Below, piece after piece: positions 14,070-22,973 of a DNA stretch of 64,000 nt (the first letter of the stretch is position 1; each line of letters starts with the position of its first letter). A program made the translations under genes and the position numbers. Location: assembly GCA_963714975.1 (NCBI GenBank), contig CAVQQD010000003.1, forward strand, positions 512,001 to 576,000. The letters are read 5' to 3'. The notes under the pieces are model-generated. The model was given only the letters and a program-made list of their open reading frames with translations. It was not told where the DNA came from and searched no databases. The stretch comes from an uncultured Gammaproteobacteria bacterium (GTDB lineage Bacteria > Pseudomonadota > Gammaproteobacteria > JAURND01).

Positions 14070-14791
14070 TTACCTTACGCATTTTAACTGCTTTTGCACA
14101 CGGGACATTTTTTGGCGTCGGCTCAATTGTCGCCACTAGCTTAGTTGCTCCGCAAAAACGCGCTTCGGCAATTGCCATCATGTTCACCGGCCTGACTGTG
14201 GCGACTATCGTCGGTGTGCCATTTGGGACGTGGTTGGGACAGGCTTTTGGCTGGCGCACCACTTTCTGGGCGGTAACGTTGATCGGTATGATTGCCATCA
14301 TCATATTATCCCGCTTTGTGCCACGCGACAAAGCTGCTGCTCCCGAAGCCACGGATTGGAGAATCGACCTCAAAGCCATGGCTCGCCGTCCCGTTTTACT
14401 CGGACTACTGAGCACAGTGCTGGGTTATGCTGGTTTGTTTGCGGTTTTTACCTATATTGCGCCCATTTTAACGCAGCTCAGTGGCTTTGCAGAAAAAACT
14501 ATTTCGCCCATTCTGTTATTATTCGGCCTTGGTTTAGTCGGCGGTAATTTATTGGGTGGCAAACTGGCTGACAAAAAATTATTACCCGCAGTGATAGGCA
14601 CGTTGTTAGCGCTGGCACTCACGCTTGGCTTAATGAGCTTTGCGATACATAACAAAGTGCTGGCAATTTTATTTGTTGTCTTTCTAGGTGCAGCAGCTTT
14701 TGCGACTGTCGCCCCCTTACAGCTATGGGTATTGGAAAAAGCTGCAGGTGCCGGACAAAGTTTGGCATCCAGCTTGAATATTGCCGCTTAA
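14070..14791 (+). pseudogene. DHA1/YdhP-like MFS transporter fragment, truncated at both ends
   Basis: RILTAFAHGTFFG, GVPFGTWLGQAFGWR and GNLLGGKLAD motifs. Confidence 0.72.
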
Positions 14792-14901
14792 TGCGACAGC
14801 CCTAGGCCGCGCGCCCCACCCGCCCACAACTTGCTTTGCGCAGCTGAATTCATTAGAATACCCGCTGCCTACCAACAAACACACTAAGGGAGAAAAATAT
14901 A

Positions 14902-15582
14902 ATGTTAAAAAAGCCTGCAGTATGTATTGCTCTAGGCCTGGTCGGTCTAAGCTGTGCGCCATCTACTTTAGCAGGTGGTAATTACTATGGTTATTCTTAT
15001 AGCAATCAATATTCGGAGGCTCCGGTTCCAATTGCCATAGCCCCTCCTTATGTTTATTCAGATTCAGGTTTTGTCCTTGGTCTACAGGGCGGCTATGGAA
15101 ACACGCATTGGTCTAATATCAATTTCGATGATGTCATAGATTTTTCTGATGGAGGTTTTGCTGGTCGTGCCTATCTGGGCTATGACATCAATAAATTTTT
15201 TGGTTTTGAAGGAGGGTTTACTTATTTGCCTAAAGCTACCAGTGACTTTGGGCACATTACTAACTATGCGTTTGATATATTAGCAAAGCTTTCTTTGCCA
15301 GTAACCGGTGGTTTTAGCATTCATGCCAAGGCAGGTGGTGGTTTCTTCCACTCTAGCGTGGATGATGATATCGTTGAAGTGGTTGGTGGAAGTACGAGTC
15401 GTAGCCATTTTGGCCCTGTCTTTGGCGTGGGCGCGGCCTATGAGATTATTCCTAATTTAGCCATTGGTTTGGATTGGGAAAGGTACAGTGGTAATGGAAA
15501 AATCTCTTCTTCCAGTTACCAACCTAGCCCCGATGTGGTGTTTTTAGGTCTCTCGTATAAATTTCCGACCCATGTTGGCTAA
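14902..15582 (+). CDS. OmpA-like outer-membrane beta-barrel protein
   Basis: Signal peptide, amphipathic strands (GRAYLGY, FGVGAAYE), LGLSYKF near the C-terminus. Confidence 0.8.
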   Translation: MLKKPAVCIALGLVGLSCAPSTLAGGNYYGYSYSNQYSEAPVPIAIAPPYVYSDSGFVLGLQGGYGNTHWSNINFDDVIDFSDGGFAGRAYLGYDINKFFGFEGGFTYLPKATSDFGHITNYAFDILAKLSLPVTGGFSIHAKAGGGFFHSSVDDDIVEVVGGSTSRSHFGPVFGVGAAYEIIPNLAIGLDWERYSGNGKISSSSYQPSPDVVFLGLSYKFPTHVG

Positions 15583-15590
15583 ATGGTACT

Positions 15591-15779
15591 ATGTCTGAAG
15601 ACCATCAAGCATGTACTCAATTACTCTATGAGGTGACTCAAGCTGACTTGCCACTTTCCTGCCCCCTGTCGGATGATCGTTTATGGGACGCTCATCCCAG
15701 GGTTTATTTGCCAATAGCAGCAACTGGCGAAATAGTGTGCCCTTATTGTTCTGCTAAATATGTGTTGATTGAATCGTAA
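15591..15779 (+). CDS. zf-CHCC zinc-finger protein
   Basis: LSCP...HPRVYL...CPYC. Confidence 0.85.
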   Translation: MSEDHQACTQLLYEVTQADLPLSCPLSDDRLWDAHPRVYLPIAATGEIVCPYCSAKYVLIES

Positions 15780-15799
15780 CTATTCACCACGATAAATCC

Positions 15800-17221
15800 C
15801 TATATCAGCTGCGAAAAGGGTTGCTTCCTTTGTTCCTCAGGATAATCTGGATACGCAGTCGACAATTGTTGCGTTAGCTCTTTCTTTGCTTGATAGGCCA
15901 TGAATAGCTTGATCATAACCCAAGCTACGCAAAGACCAGCAACAGAAAAGGTGCCAATTTCTAGGTTGTTAGGTAAATCTGAATTTTGGGGTAGTAGGTT
16001 GAAAAAATCCCCCTCTGTATGATGTAAGTAGCTGGCAAAACCTACACCTAATACTCCTAAGCCAAGTTGGATTTTGGTCCAATCGGATAATAGGCCACCT
16101 CTTATCCTATTACTCAGAGTGCAAAAACGTTGTTCTTGCTGCAGATTGATATCGGCATTTGTTATTGCCAATTTTACATCATTAATGCCTAGAGTTTGTA
16201 AGCACGCAACCATGTCGGGGTGAAGTAATAAACTGACTGCACTAATATGCTGATGTTCCTCGAGTAATTCATCAAAAACTGCAACCAATCTTTGTTGGAT
16301 CTGATTTAACTGGAAGTCTGCTGGGATGGCTTTTTGATAAGCATCATATATCACGGTCCAAAAATGCTGGATAGGGTAATAATATTGGCTACAAAAATTT
16401 GCGGTATCCGCTCCACTGTGCCCGTCGTCCACCCCATAGCTGGCGCAAAATTCTTTTTCTTCTGGCAAATCTGCTGGAATATCGATAACAATAGCGGAAA
16501 TGTCGTCGGTTGATCCTTGATCACAGGCATCGTCCACTAGGTATTCTGCATCAAGCTCCTCAAACGTAATTCGTGGTGGTGAAACATACGGATCATCGGC
16601 TTTATAAGTATCTTGATTAGCAAGGTGAAATATTCCATCACTGGCTAATATAATTTTACAAGGTCCTTGGAGCTCTTGTACAACAGTCTCGGGTTTTGAT
16701 GTAAAATCAGGGTCCTTTTTATGCGCGCGGTCATTCATTGAACGACCCATAGCTATGTGGGAGGCGATCAGCAACCCATAGCGGTCTTTCTGTGCTACGT
16801 GGCGCCAATCATTCACTTCCGGGTTGAGGCGGTTTACAATATTGCGGTTTACAATATTAGCCTTAAACTCAGTTTGCATTTCAGCACGATTAAGGTTATG
16901 AGAGCTGGTTAAAAAAGTCGATTTTTTTTCATCAGCGAGGATGATGGGGCTATCTCCAACGGTACATCCGGCGATTTGAACAACTTTTTCCCCATTGCTA
17001 TTTTTAGTAAAAATGTTGACCCGACTTAAAGTGGAGCCATCTTGAAATCCTGTTGCTTGTAGCAAGATTTTATCGAGGCTGGCTACTGCCTGTATCATGA
17101 CATTTTTTTGAGATTCAGGTGTTAAGCGGAAAAAAGCTGGAAGCCCGGGGGCGCTAGATATGCGATCTTCTCCCTTGGCTTCCTTGGGACGTATTTGAGC
17201 TTGTGATGTTGGAAGAGCCAT
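15800..17221 (-). CDS. PP2C/PPM-family phosphatase, circularly permuted, with two C-terminal TM helices (candidate effector)
   Basis: Motif order GST, VGDS, GRSMND, ASDG, GSTDD, then GVDDGHSG. Confidence 0.75.
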   Translation of the reverse strand: MALPTSQAQIRPKEAKGEDRISSAPGLPAFFRLTPESQKNVMIQAVASLDKILLQATGFQDGSTLSRVNIFTKNSNGEKVVQIAGCTVGDSPIILADEKKSTFLTSSHNLNRAEMQTEFKANIVNRNIVNRLNPEVNDWRHVAQKDRYGLLIASHIAMGRSMNDRAHKKDPDFTSKPETVVQELQGPCKIILASDGIFHLANQDTYKADDPYVSPPRITFEELDAEYLVDDACDQGSTDDISAIVIDIPADLPEEKEFCASYGVDDGHSGADTANFCSQYYYPIQHFWTVIYDAYQKAIPADFQLNQIQQRLVAVFDELLEEHQHISAVSLLLHPDMVACLQTLGINDVKLAITNADINLQQEQRFCTLSNRIRGGLLSDWTKIQLGLGVLGVGFASYLHHTEGDFFNLLPQNSDLPNNLEIGTFSVAGLCVAWVMIKLFMAYQAKKELTQQLSTAYPDYPEEQRKQPFSQLI

Positions 17222-17272
17222 TATAGTTTCGTAACCTCGTAGTTAATTAGTTGTAGTGCAGCTTAGCATTGA

Positions 17273-17292
17273 AAGCTTATATGAATATTAAC
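17273..17292 (-). promoter_or_regulatory. PmrA-type box upstream of the PP2C gene
   Basis: gTTAATATT-ca-tATAAGCTT, 11-nt spacing, followed by a TAAGCT -10-like hexamer. Confidence 0.55.
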
Positions 17293-17316
17293 AGATATAG
17301 GACAGCCCATTAAAGT

Positions 17317-17425
17317 CTCTGTAGGGGACAAAAATAATTTCCCCCTTTGAAAAAGGGGGATTAAGGGGGATTTAAAAAGATGAGGGCCCCCCTACCCCCC
17401 TTTAGCAAAGGGAGGGATTATTTGT
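17317..17425. repeat. Family D repeat (ctctgtagg...ccccctttgaaaaagggg hairpins)
   Basis: First ~68 bp closely match 59872-59941; related pieces at 32714-32857. Confidence 0.8.
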
Positions 17426-17441
17426 CTAGTGCCGAGCCCTT

Positions 17442-18215
17442 TTAAAGGGGGTCTAGAGTCTTCATCGCTAATTTTAGGTGACGATAATAGCTGCCTTGGG
17501 CATTAAGCATTGCGATAATAAATCCCATTTTGCCATCGAGAAATCCGAGACGGAAAAAATAAGGATAGATAAAGGCCCACAGTCCATGGATAAGCGCTTT
17601 AAGAAAGCTGCTTTCGTGGCCTCTTTCATGTCTTAATTGGGCTGATAAGCTGGAATAAGCATTCATTCGTTCAATTAATTGTTCCAAATTGCGGTGCGAA
17701 TCGTGCCATAGTGGCTGAGATAATCGCACTAGTTTACTATTTTCCGCTAGAACCACGGCTTCGTGCACAATATTATTTTTAAATTTGCCTAGGCTACGTT
17801 TAAATAAGCGAATTAACCGATCATGGCCATCCTCGCCAAAACGGAGCCATTGCCCACAGTAGATATTCCTGCGTGGTACGCTATAGGCATCGGCAGCAGG
17901 TGGCGCAGTAATAATTTTTTGTATTGCTACTTGTAAAGATTCACTGAGCCATTCATCAGCATCGATAGTCAATACCCATTCTTGCGTCGCTTTTTGCAAA
18001 GCCCGATTTTTCTGTTGGCCAAAACCAGGCCAATCGGTATTATAAACATACGGGGTATATTCCTGACAAATTTGAAGTGTGTGGTCAGTGCTTCCTGAAT
18101 CTAAAACAATAATTTCTCCTGCCCAGCGAACTGAGTCTAAACAACGCCGAACATAGTGCTCGACGTTTTTGGTAATGATAATCACACTAAGCGGATATAA
18201 AGTTTCAGTGACCAT
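17442..18215 (-). CDS. Family 2 glycosyltransferase (WaaE/KdtX-like LPS core enzyme)
   Basis: LDSGSTD, WPGFGQQKN, IDADE and LGFLDG motifs. Confidence 0.88.
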   Translation of the reverse strand: MVTETLYPLSVIIITKNVEHYVRRCLDSVRWAGEIIVLDSGSTDHTLQICQEYTPYVYNTDWPGFGQQKNRALQKATQEWVLTIDADEWLSESLQVAIQKIITAPPAADAYSVPRRNIYCGQWLRFGEDGHDRLIRLFKRSLGKFKNNIVHEAVVLAENSKLVRLSQPLWHDSHRNLEQLIERMNAYSSLSAQLRHERGHESSFLKALIHGLWAFIYPYFFRLGFLDGKMGFIIAMLNAQGSYYRHLKLAMKTLDPL

Positions 18216-18217
18216 AA

Positions 18218-19477
18218 TTATTTTAAATCTCGTGCCTGCAAAAACCATCCGCACAACAATGAAAAAACCCCGGCGGCCATAATGTACCAAGCAGGAGCAA
18301 AATCGTTGTGGGCATAATGACTTAAACTGATCGCAACCAGTGGTGCTGTTCCCCCAAAAATAGCCAAACTTAAATTATAACTCAAGGCAGCAGCTGTATT
18401 GCGGATGCTGGTAGGAAATAGTTCGGTTAGTGCCGTAAGAATTAAACCATCAATACCCGCTAGAACAATCGCAAATAGTATCTCGGCAATTAATGCCGCA
18501 GCAAAAGTTTTTTGCAGCAGTAGCTGAAATACGATTGGAGCACAGGCAATCATCAATAAGGTGTTTAAAATATAAATGCGTCTTCTACCAAATACATCAG
18601 ATAGTAAACCGAATAAAGGTGTAAACACCACAAAAAACGCCATAGCGATAACGTTAATTAGCATGGCATCACTTAAAGGGAGTTTGGCGGACTGCACGAG
18701 ATAAGTATTGAAATAGGTTATAAAAAAGTAATTACCAACCGCAATAATCACGGTTAATCCAGCCCCGTGCAATACTTTTAGAGGGTGCGTGCGTAGTAGT
18801 GTTTTGAAAGGGGTCTTGGTTGTTGCTTCGATGGCGACAAATTTAGGTGATTCTACCGCGCGTAAGCGCAGCCACAGGCCGAACAAACCTAATAGGCTGG
18901 CTAATAAAAAGGGAATTCGCCAGCCCCAACTTTGCAGTATTTCCGTGGGCATGAGTTCTGTTTGCAAGGTGGCAATGCCTGCCCCGAGCAGGATGCCACT
19001 GAAGGCGCTGGACATAACCAGGCTACCCGCATAACCGCGGCGATTTTTGTTGGCGTGTTCCACCAAATAGCAGGCAGCGCTGGTAATTTCGCCACTGACT
19101 GCGAAACCTTGAACGCAGCGAATAATCGTCAATAAAATAGGCGCCATTATGCCGATGCTGGCATGGGTGGGCAACAGGCCCATGGCGACCGTAGGGATCG
19201 TCATCAAAGAAATAGAGAATATTAATGCCTTGCGTCGTCCATAGCGATCACCCCATTGTCCGATGACAATGGCTCCCAAGGGTCTCACCAAAAACCCAAG
19301 TGCAAAGACGCTAAAGGTCATCAATAATGATAAAAAAGCTGTTTTGGCAGGAAAAAATAGCGGGGCTAAAATGGGCGCGAAATAGGAATACAGCAAAAAA
19401 TCGTACCATTCGAGGGCGTTGCCAATGATACCTGCAAATAAAGTTGTTTTTGAGCGATGTTGTTGTATATTCTCCAT
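18218..19477 (-). CDS. MFS transporter, ProP/metabolite:H+ symporter family
   Basis: GNALEWYDF, RPLGA, GDRYGRR, WGWRIPF and ELFPT motifs. Confidence 0.9.
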   Translation of the reverse strand: MENIQQHRSKTTLFAGIIGNALEWYDFLLYSYFAPILAPLFFPAKTAFLSLLMTFSVFALGFLVRPLGAIVIGQWGDRYGRRKALIFSISLMTIPTVAMGLLPTHASIGIMAPILLTIIRCVQGFAVSGEITSAACYLVEHANKNRRGYAGSLVMSSAFSGILLGAGIATLQTELMPTEILQSWGWRIPFLLASLLGLFGLWLRLRAVESPKFVAIEATTKTPFKTLLRTHPLKVLHGAGLTVIIAVGNYFFITYFNTYLVQSAKLPLSDAMLINVIAMAFFVVFTPLFGLLSDVFGRRRIYILNTLLMIACAPIVFQLLLQKTFAAALIAEILFAIVLAGIDGLILTALTELFPTSIRNTAAALSYNLSLAIFGGTAPLVAISLSHYAHNDFAPAWYIMAAGVFSLLCGWFLQARDLK

Positions 19478-19511
19478 ACGGTAACTTTAATATACTTTTA
19501 TATAAAAACCA

Positions 19512-19584
19512 AATCCCCTCTCCCCCAATAAACTTGTGGCATTATTCCTTCTCCCACAAGGGGAGAATGAATAGTTAGAGGGGG
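19512..19584. repeat. Family A hairpin repeat (degenerate)
   Basis: cccctctcccc...ccttctcccacaaggggagaa...gagggg. Confidence 0.65.
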
Positions 19585-19586
19585 TA

Positions 19587-19755
19587 CGCATTTTAATTGA
19601 GACCGATGCTCCCTATTTAGCTCCAGTGCCGTATCGAGGTCGACCCCAACGAGCCCGCTTATGTGCGTTATGTAGGTGAGGCTGTGGCGCAGTTGAAAGG
19701 CCTAAGTGTGGAGGCGGTGGCAGAACAAACCACCGCTAATTTTCAGAAGTGCTTT
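19587..19755 (+). pseudogene. TatD/YcfH DNase C-terminal remnant
   Basis: Reads RILIETDAPYLAPVPYRGRP/NEPAYV...AEQTTANF with a +1 frameshift; absent from the ORF track. Confidence 0.8.
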
Positions 19756-19785
19756 CTCGCTATGGTTTCTACTGCCGAATCTAGG
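19755..19785. repeat. Solo terminal repeat of the cctag-MITE
   Basis: tctcgctatggtttctactgccgaatctagg matches 31825-31855. Confidence 0.8.
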
Positions 19786-20209
19786 TTTGTTGAATAGATC
19801 CAATCTGGTATACGGGAGTGGGTTGAATTGTTTCAAGTGCTGTTGAGGGTTTTGAAGGTTCTCGAGTGAGATAGGCTGTTATCGGAGTAGCGATCAAAAG
19901 GGCCGGTATAGCCATAGCCAGTACAAATGAAACAAGATCCCCCATCTCAGTGCCGCTCAAACCTAAATTCATTGGGTTTGATACGTCACCGATGCTGATG
20001 TCAAGCCAGTTGAAAGAATGAAGACCAGTAGAAAATATGCTTGGACCATGTGTTTCTTGTGACGATAACCATACCAAAGTCATTAGGGGAATGATGGTAG
20101 ACAAGGCGTAGGAACATGTGTAGCAGATTGAAAATGTTTCCATGGGAGAATAGGAAGAAGTTGTACCAATCTTTTTTTGCTGCTTTGTTTCTGGAGTATT
20201 TTCGGCCAT
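19781..20209 (-). CDS. Hypothetical two-TM protein
   Basis: 142-aa ORF with two hydrophobic segments; stop codon lies in the MITE end. Confidence 0.5.
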   Translation of the reverse strand: MAENTPETKQQKKIGTTSSYSPMETFSICYTCSYALSTIIPLMTLVWLSSQETHGPSIFSTGLHSFNWLDISIGDVSNPMNLGLSGTEMGDLVSFVLAMAIPALLIATPITAYLTREPSKPSTALETIQPTPVYQIGSIQQT

Positions 20210-20308
20210 AGATCCGCTCTTATGTTTATGGTTCGTATGGGGGGCAATGCCGCTAGTCTAAACCAAGTTTCGTTTAGCCACAATGAATTTAGGAACGCAG
20301 CGCCTAGT

Positions 20309-21601
20309 TTAATGCGGATGTACCGAGACTAACAAAATTCGTGGGCCTTTCATTTTTAGAACGGTAATGTCGAATTTATCAAAAGGGACATTTTCATTGA
20401 GTTTTGGGAGACGTTCTAGGGTAGTGTGGAGAAGACCTGAAATTGTATTGGCTTCCGTAGGAGGAAGCGTAATAGCTAAAGATTTTTCCAGTAAATAGAG
20501 CGGAGCATTTCCCTTCATGAGCAAATTGCCTTCCTTGGTGCGGACACTGTTTGGTTTCGGTCGAATAAATTCATCACCAATTTGACCCACTAAGGCATTT
20601 ATAATATTGTCGAGAGTGATAAAACCCACCAGAGCGCCGCCGTGATGTTTTACTAAAGTGAAATGGGTTAAGCCAGCACGAAATTTGCGAAATAATTCAA
20701 TGGCAGGTAAGTCAGTATGCACAGTCAGAATGGGCCGGATGAATTTAGTTAAAGCAGGGTTTTTAGCGGATTGGGTGGCAAAGAAAATATCTTTGATGTG
20801 CAGGATCCCCACAATATTCTCCGGTTTTTTCTCATAAGCTGGATAGCGGCTAAAACGATAGCGGGTGGTAATCTGTAGATTTTCTGCTAACGGACGCGCT
20901 AAGGATAAGGAAACCATCTCCTCTAAAGGCTGCATAATATCCGCTACTTTTAACTCAGCAAAATCCAATACGTTATCTAAAATTTCTGCTTCTTCTTTTT
21001 CAATTCCCCCATATAAGTGGCGGCTGTGTAAGATGACTTTTAATTCCTCGGTAGAATAATGAGTACTTTCAGTTTCATGTTTGGCAGCGTCTCCTAATGA
21101 GCGCAGAGTTAAGTTGGCGCACTTATGGAGAAGCCAGATAAATGGGTACATCACCCAATAAAAATAATAAAGGGGTAATGCTGTCCACAAAGAGATCCGC
21201 TGTGGTTTGCGAATAGCTAAAGATTTGGGCGCCAATTCTCCCAGCACAATATGTAACACGGAAATGGTGAAAAAGGCCGTAAAGAAAGCGATGGCACTGA
21301 TGGTGGTAGCTGAAAAAATGCCTAAGCTATGTAGGGCAGGTTCTAATAATTTAGCAAATGCGGGCTCACCAATCCAACCCAGTCCTAAAGAAGCTAAAGT
21401 GATGCCAAGTTGGCAAGCCGACAGGTAAGTATCGAGATGACCATGCACGGTGGCTAGCACTTTTCCACGTAAACCATAAATTTCTTGGATCGCTTTTAAT
21501 TGTGTGTGTCTTAATTTAACTAGGGAAAATTCTGCAGCGACAAAAAAACCGTTGAGAACCACTAATAACAGCGAGGCGAAGATCAGAAAAATTTCAGTCA
21601 T
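20309..21601 (-). CDS. Hemolysin-family CNNM-CBS-CorC protein
   Basis: NGFFVAAEF, QLGIT, GELAPK and FSRYP motifs, CBS pair. Confidence 0.9.
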   Translation of the reverse strand: MTEIFLIFASLLLVVLNGFFVAAEFSLVKLRHTQLKAIQEIYGLRGKVLATVHGHLDTYLSACQLGITLASLGLGWIGEPAFAKLLEPALHSLGIFSATTISAIAFFTAFFTISVLHIVLGELAPKSLAIRKPQRISLWTALPLYYFYWVMYPFIWLLHKCANLTLRSLGDAAKHETESTHYSTEELKVILHSRHLYGGIEKEEAEILDNVLDFAELKVADIMQPLEEMVSLSLARPLAENLQITTRYRFSRYPAYEKKPENIVGILHIKDIFFATQSAKNPALTKFIRPILTVHTDLPAIELFRKFRAGLTHFTLVKHHGGALVGFITLDNIINALVGQIGDEFIRPKPNSVRTKEGNLLMKGNAPLYLLEKSLAITLPPTEANTISGLLHTTLERLPKLNENVPFDKFDITVLKMKGPRILLVSVHPH

Positions 21602-21604
21602 AAG

Positions 21605-21859
21605 TTAGCGTTTTTTGGGCCCTGGACGACCTTCTTCTGGGGTTGTTGGAGCGGCCAATTTTCGTGGCAATAGTTCCCCCAAATTGTCACAAATTTGCTT
21701 GAATTCCTTTTCAGCACCTTTTAGGAAAGTGATTGCGGTTTCTAAATCATCTCTAAAGTCTTTGGCTTGTTCGTCAGCTATGTGTTGTAATGCAGCGACT
21801 TGCTGTTCAAATAAATTTCGTCCTTCTTGATTTACTGTTTTGTCTACATAGTAAGGCAT
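21605..21859 (-). CDS. Small hypothetical protein
   Basis: ORF from MPYYV, co-oriented with and abutting the hemolysin gene. Confidence 0.5.
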   Translation of the reverse strand: MPYYVDKTVNQEGRNLFEQQVAALQHIADEQAKDFRDDLETAITFLKGAEKEFKQICDNLGELLPRKLAAPTTPEEGRPGPKKR

Positions 21860-21864
21860 AATGA

Positions 21865-21910
21865 ATCCCCCTCTCCCTACGCCCTCTCCCACCTGAGTGG
21901 GAGAGGGGAT
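21865..21910. repeat. Family A hairpin repeat
   Basis: cccctctccctacgccctctcccacctgagtgggagagggg. Confidence 0.75.
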
Positions 21911-21919
21911 TAGTACGGT

Positions 21920-22708
21920 TTAAATGTGCAAGATTTTTTTCAAAATTTTGACAATATCGTCTGGTTTATGTGGCAACATGCGACGGCTTAAAGAAGCATG
22001 AGTAGTCAAATAAGCCTTCAATTTAAAATAGGTAGTAAAATTGGGTTTATCTAATTTTAAGTAAGCTGGGATTGGCAATCCTAGAGTTTGGAACCTACGA
22101 ATTATTTCTGGCCAAGTTTCTTGGTCCAAAAGTTCCTTTTTTTCAATTTCAGATAATTCCACGCCAGAAGCTGCTAGGTCATCAGCAATTTCAGATAAAT
22201 GGTGGCGACGATAATCTTCCCAGGCTTGATCATGCACTTGCGTGAGTTCGACTACTTGTTTCTTAAATCCTCGGATTTGTGGTTCCAATGCCACGAGGTG
22301 AGCATGAGTTTGTGAAATCAGTTTATGAGATTCTTCTAGGGCGGTTAATGATTCCAACAATTCTTCTTTTTCTGCATCAGCGACTTCAGTAAATTGATCA
22401 CGTAATGCTTGGATAGTATCTTGAGTCGCTTTGCGTTGTTTTTGGCTTTGTTCGATGGCTTCCAGCACTTCTAAATGTAACTTTAGGAGGTTTGCGAAGG
22501 CGACCATGGTAGGTTTAATGGTGCTCTGGGGGTTAAGTAAGGCTTCTTCTATTTGTTGTAAGGTGAGCAAGCTGGAGAATTGGAATGCGGACTTAGTTTT
22601 TTCTTTGGAGGGCAAGGAATATTTCCGGATTAGATCAGCTAAGCTTTTTAGATCGCTTAGGATCGCTCTGGCATAAGTAGAATAGTGAAATTCCTGGCGT
22701 TTTCTCAT
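21920..22708 (-). CDS. Hypothetical coiled-coil protein
   Basis: 262-aa helical ORF rich in E/K/L/Q. Confidence 0.65.
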   Translation of the reverse strand: MRKRQEFHYSTYARAILSDLKSLADLIRKYSLPSKEKTKSAFQFSSLLTLQQIEEALLNPQSTIKPTMVAFANLLKLHLEVLEAIEQSQKQRKATQDTIQALRDQFTEVADAEKEELLESLTALEESHKLISQTHAHLVALEPQIRGFKKQVVELTQVHDQAWEDYRRHHLSEIADDLAASGVELSEIEKKELLDQETWPEIIRRFQTLGLPIPAYLKLDKPNFTTYFKLKAYLTTHASLSRRMLPHKPDDIVKILKKILHI

Positions 22709-22813
22709 AAAAGCTTATTTAAAGACCCGATTGAATGGGGTGGATTATAACACAGAAGCAAACTTCTGTACAAAACCTTGAATTCTAGAAACTATTCAGC
22801 CAAACTTTAGCTA

Positions 22814-22946
22814 CCTTCTCCCCTTGTGGAAGAAGGCGCCCCTTCGACAGGCTCAGGGCAGGCTGGCGGATGAGGGGTGAGTGGAGTAAGACCCCCTCTC
22901 CCTCTAACCCGCTCCCACCAACAAAAACGGTTGGGGGAGCGGGGAT
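22814..22946. repeat. Composite hairpin repeat (ccttctccc / cccttcgacaggctcaggg / family A)
   Basis: 22814-22878 is an inverted near-copy of 26679-26742. Confidence 0.8.
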
Positions 22947-22973
22947 TAAGGTAACCATACAAGGAAAAGTCCC

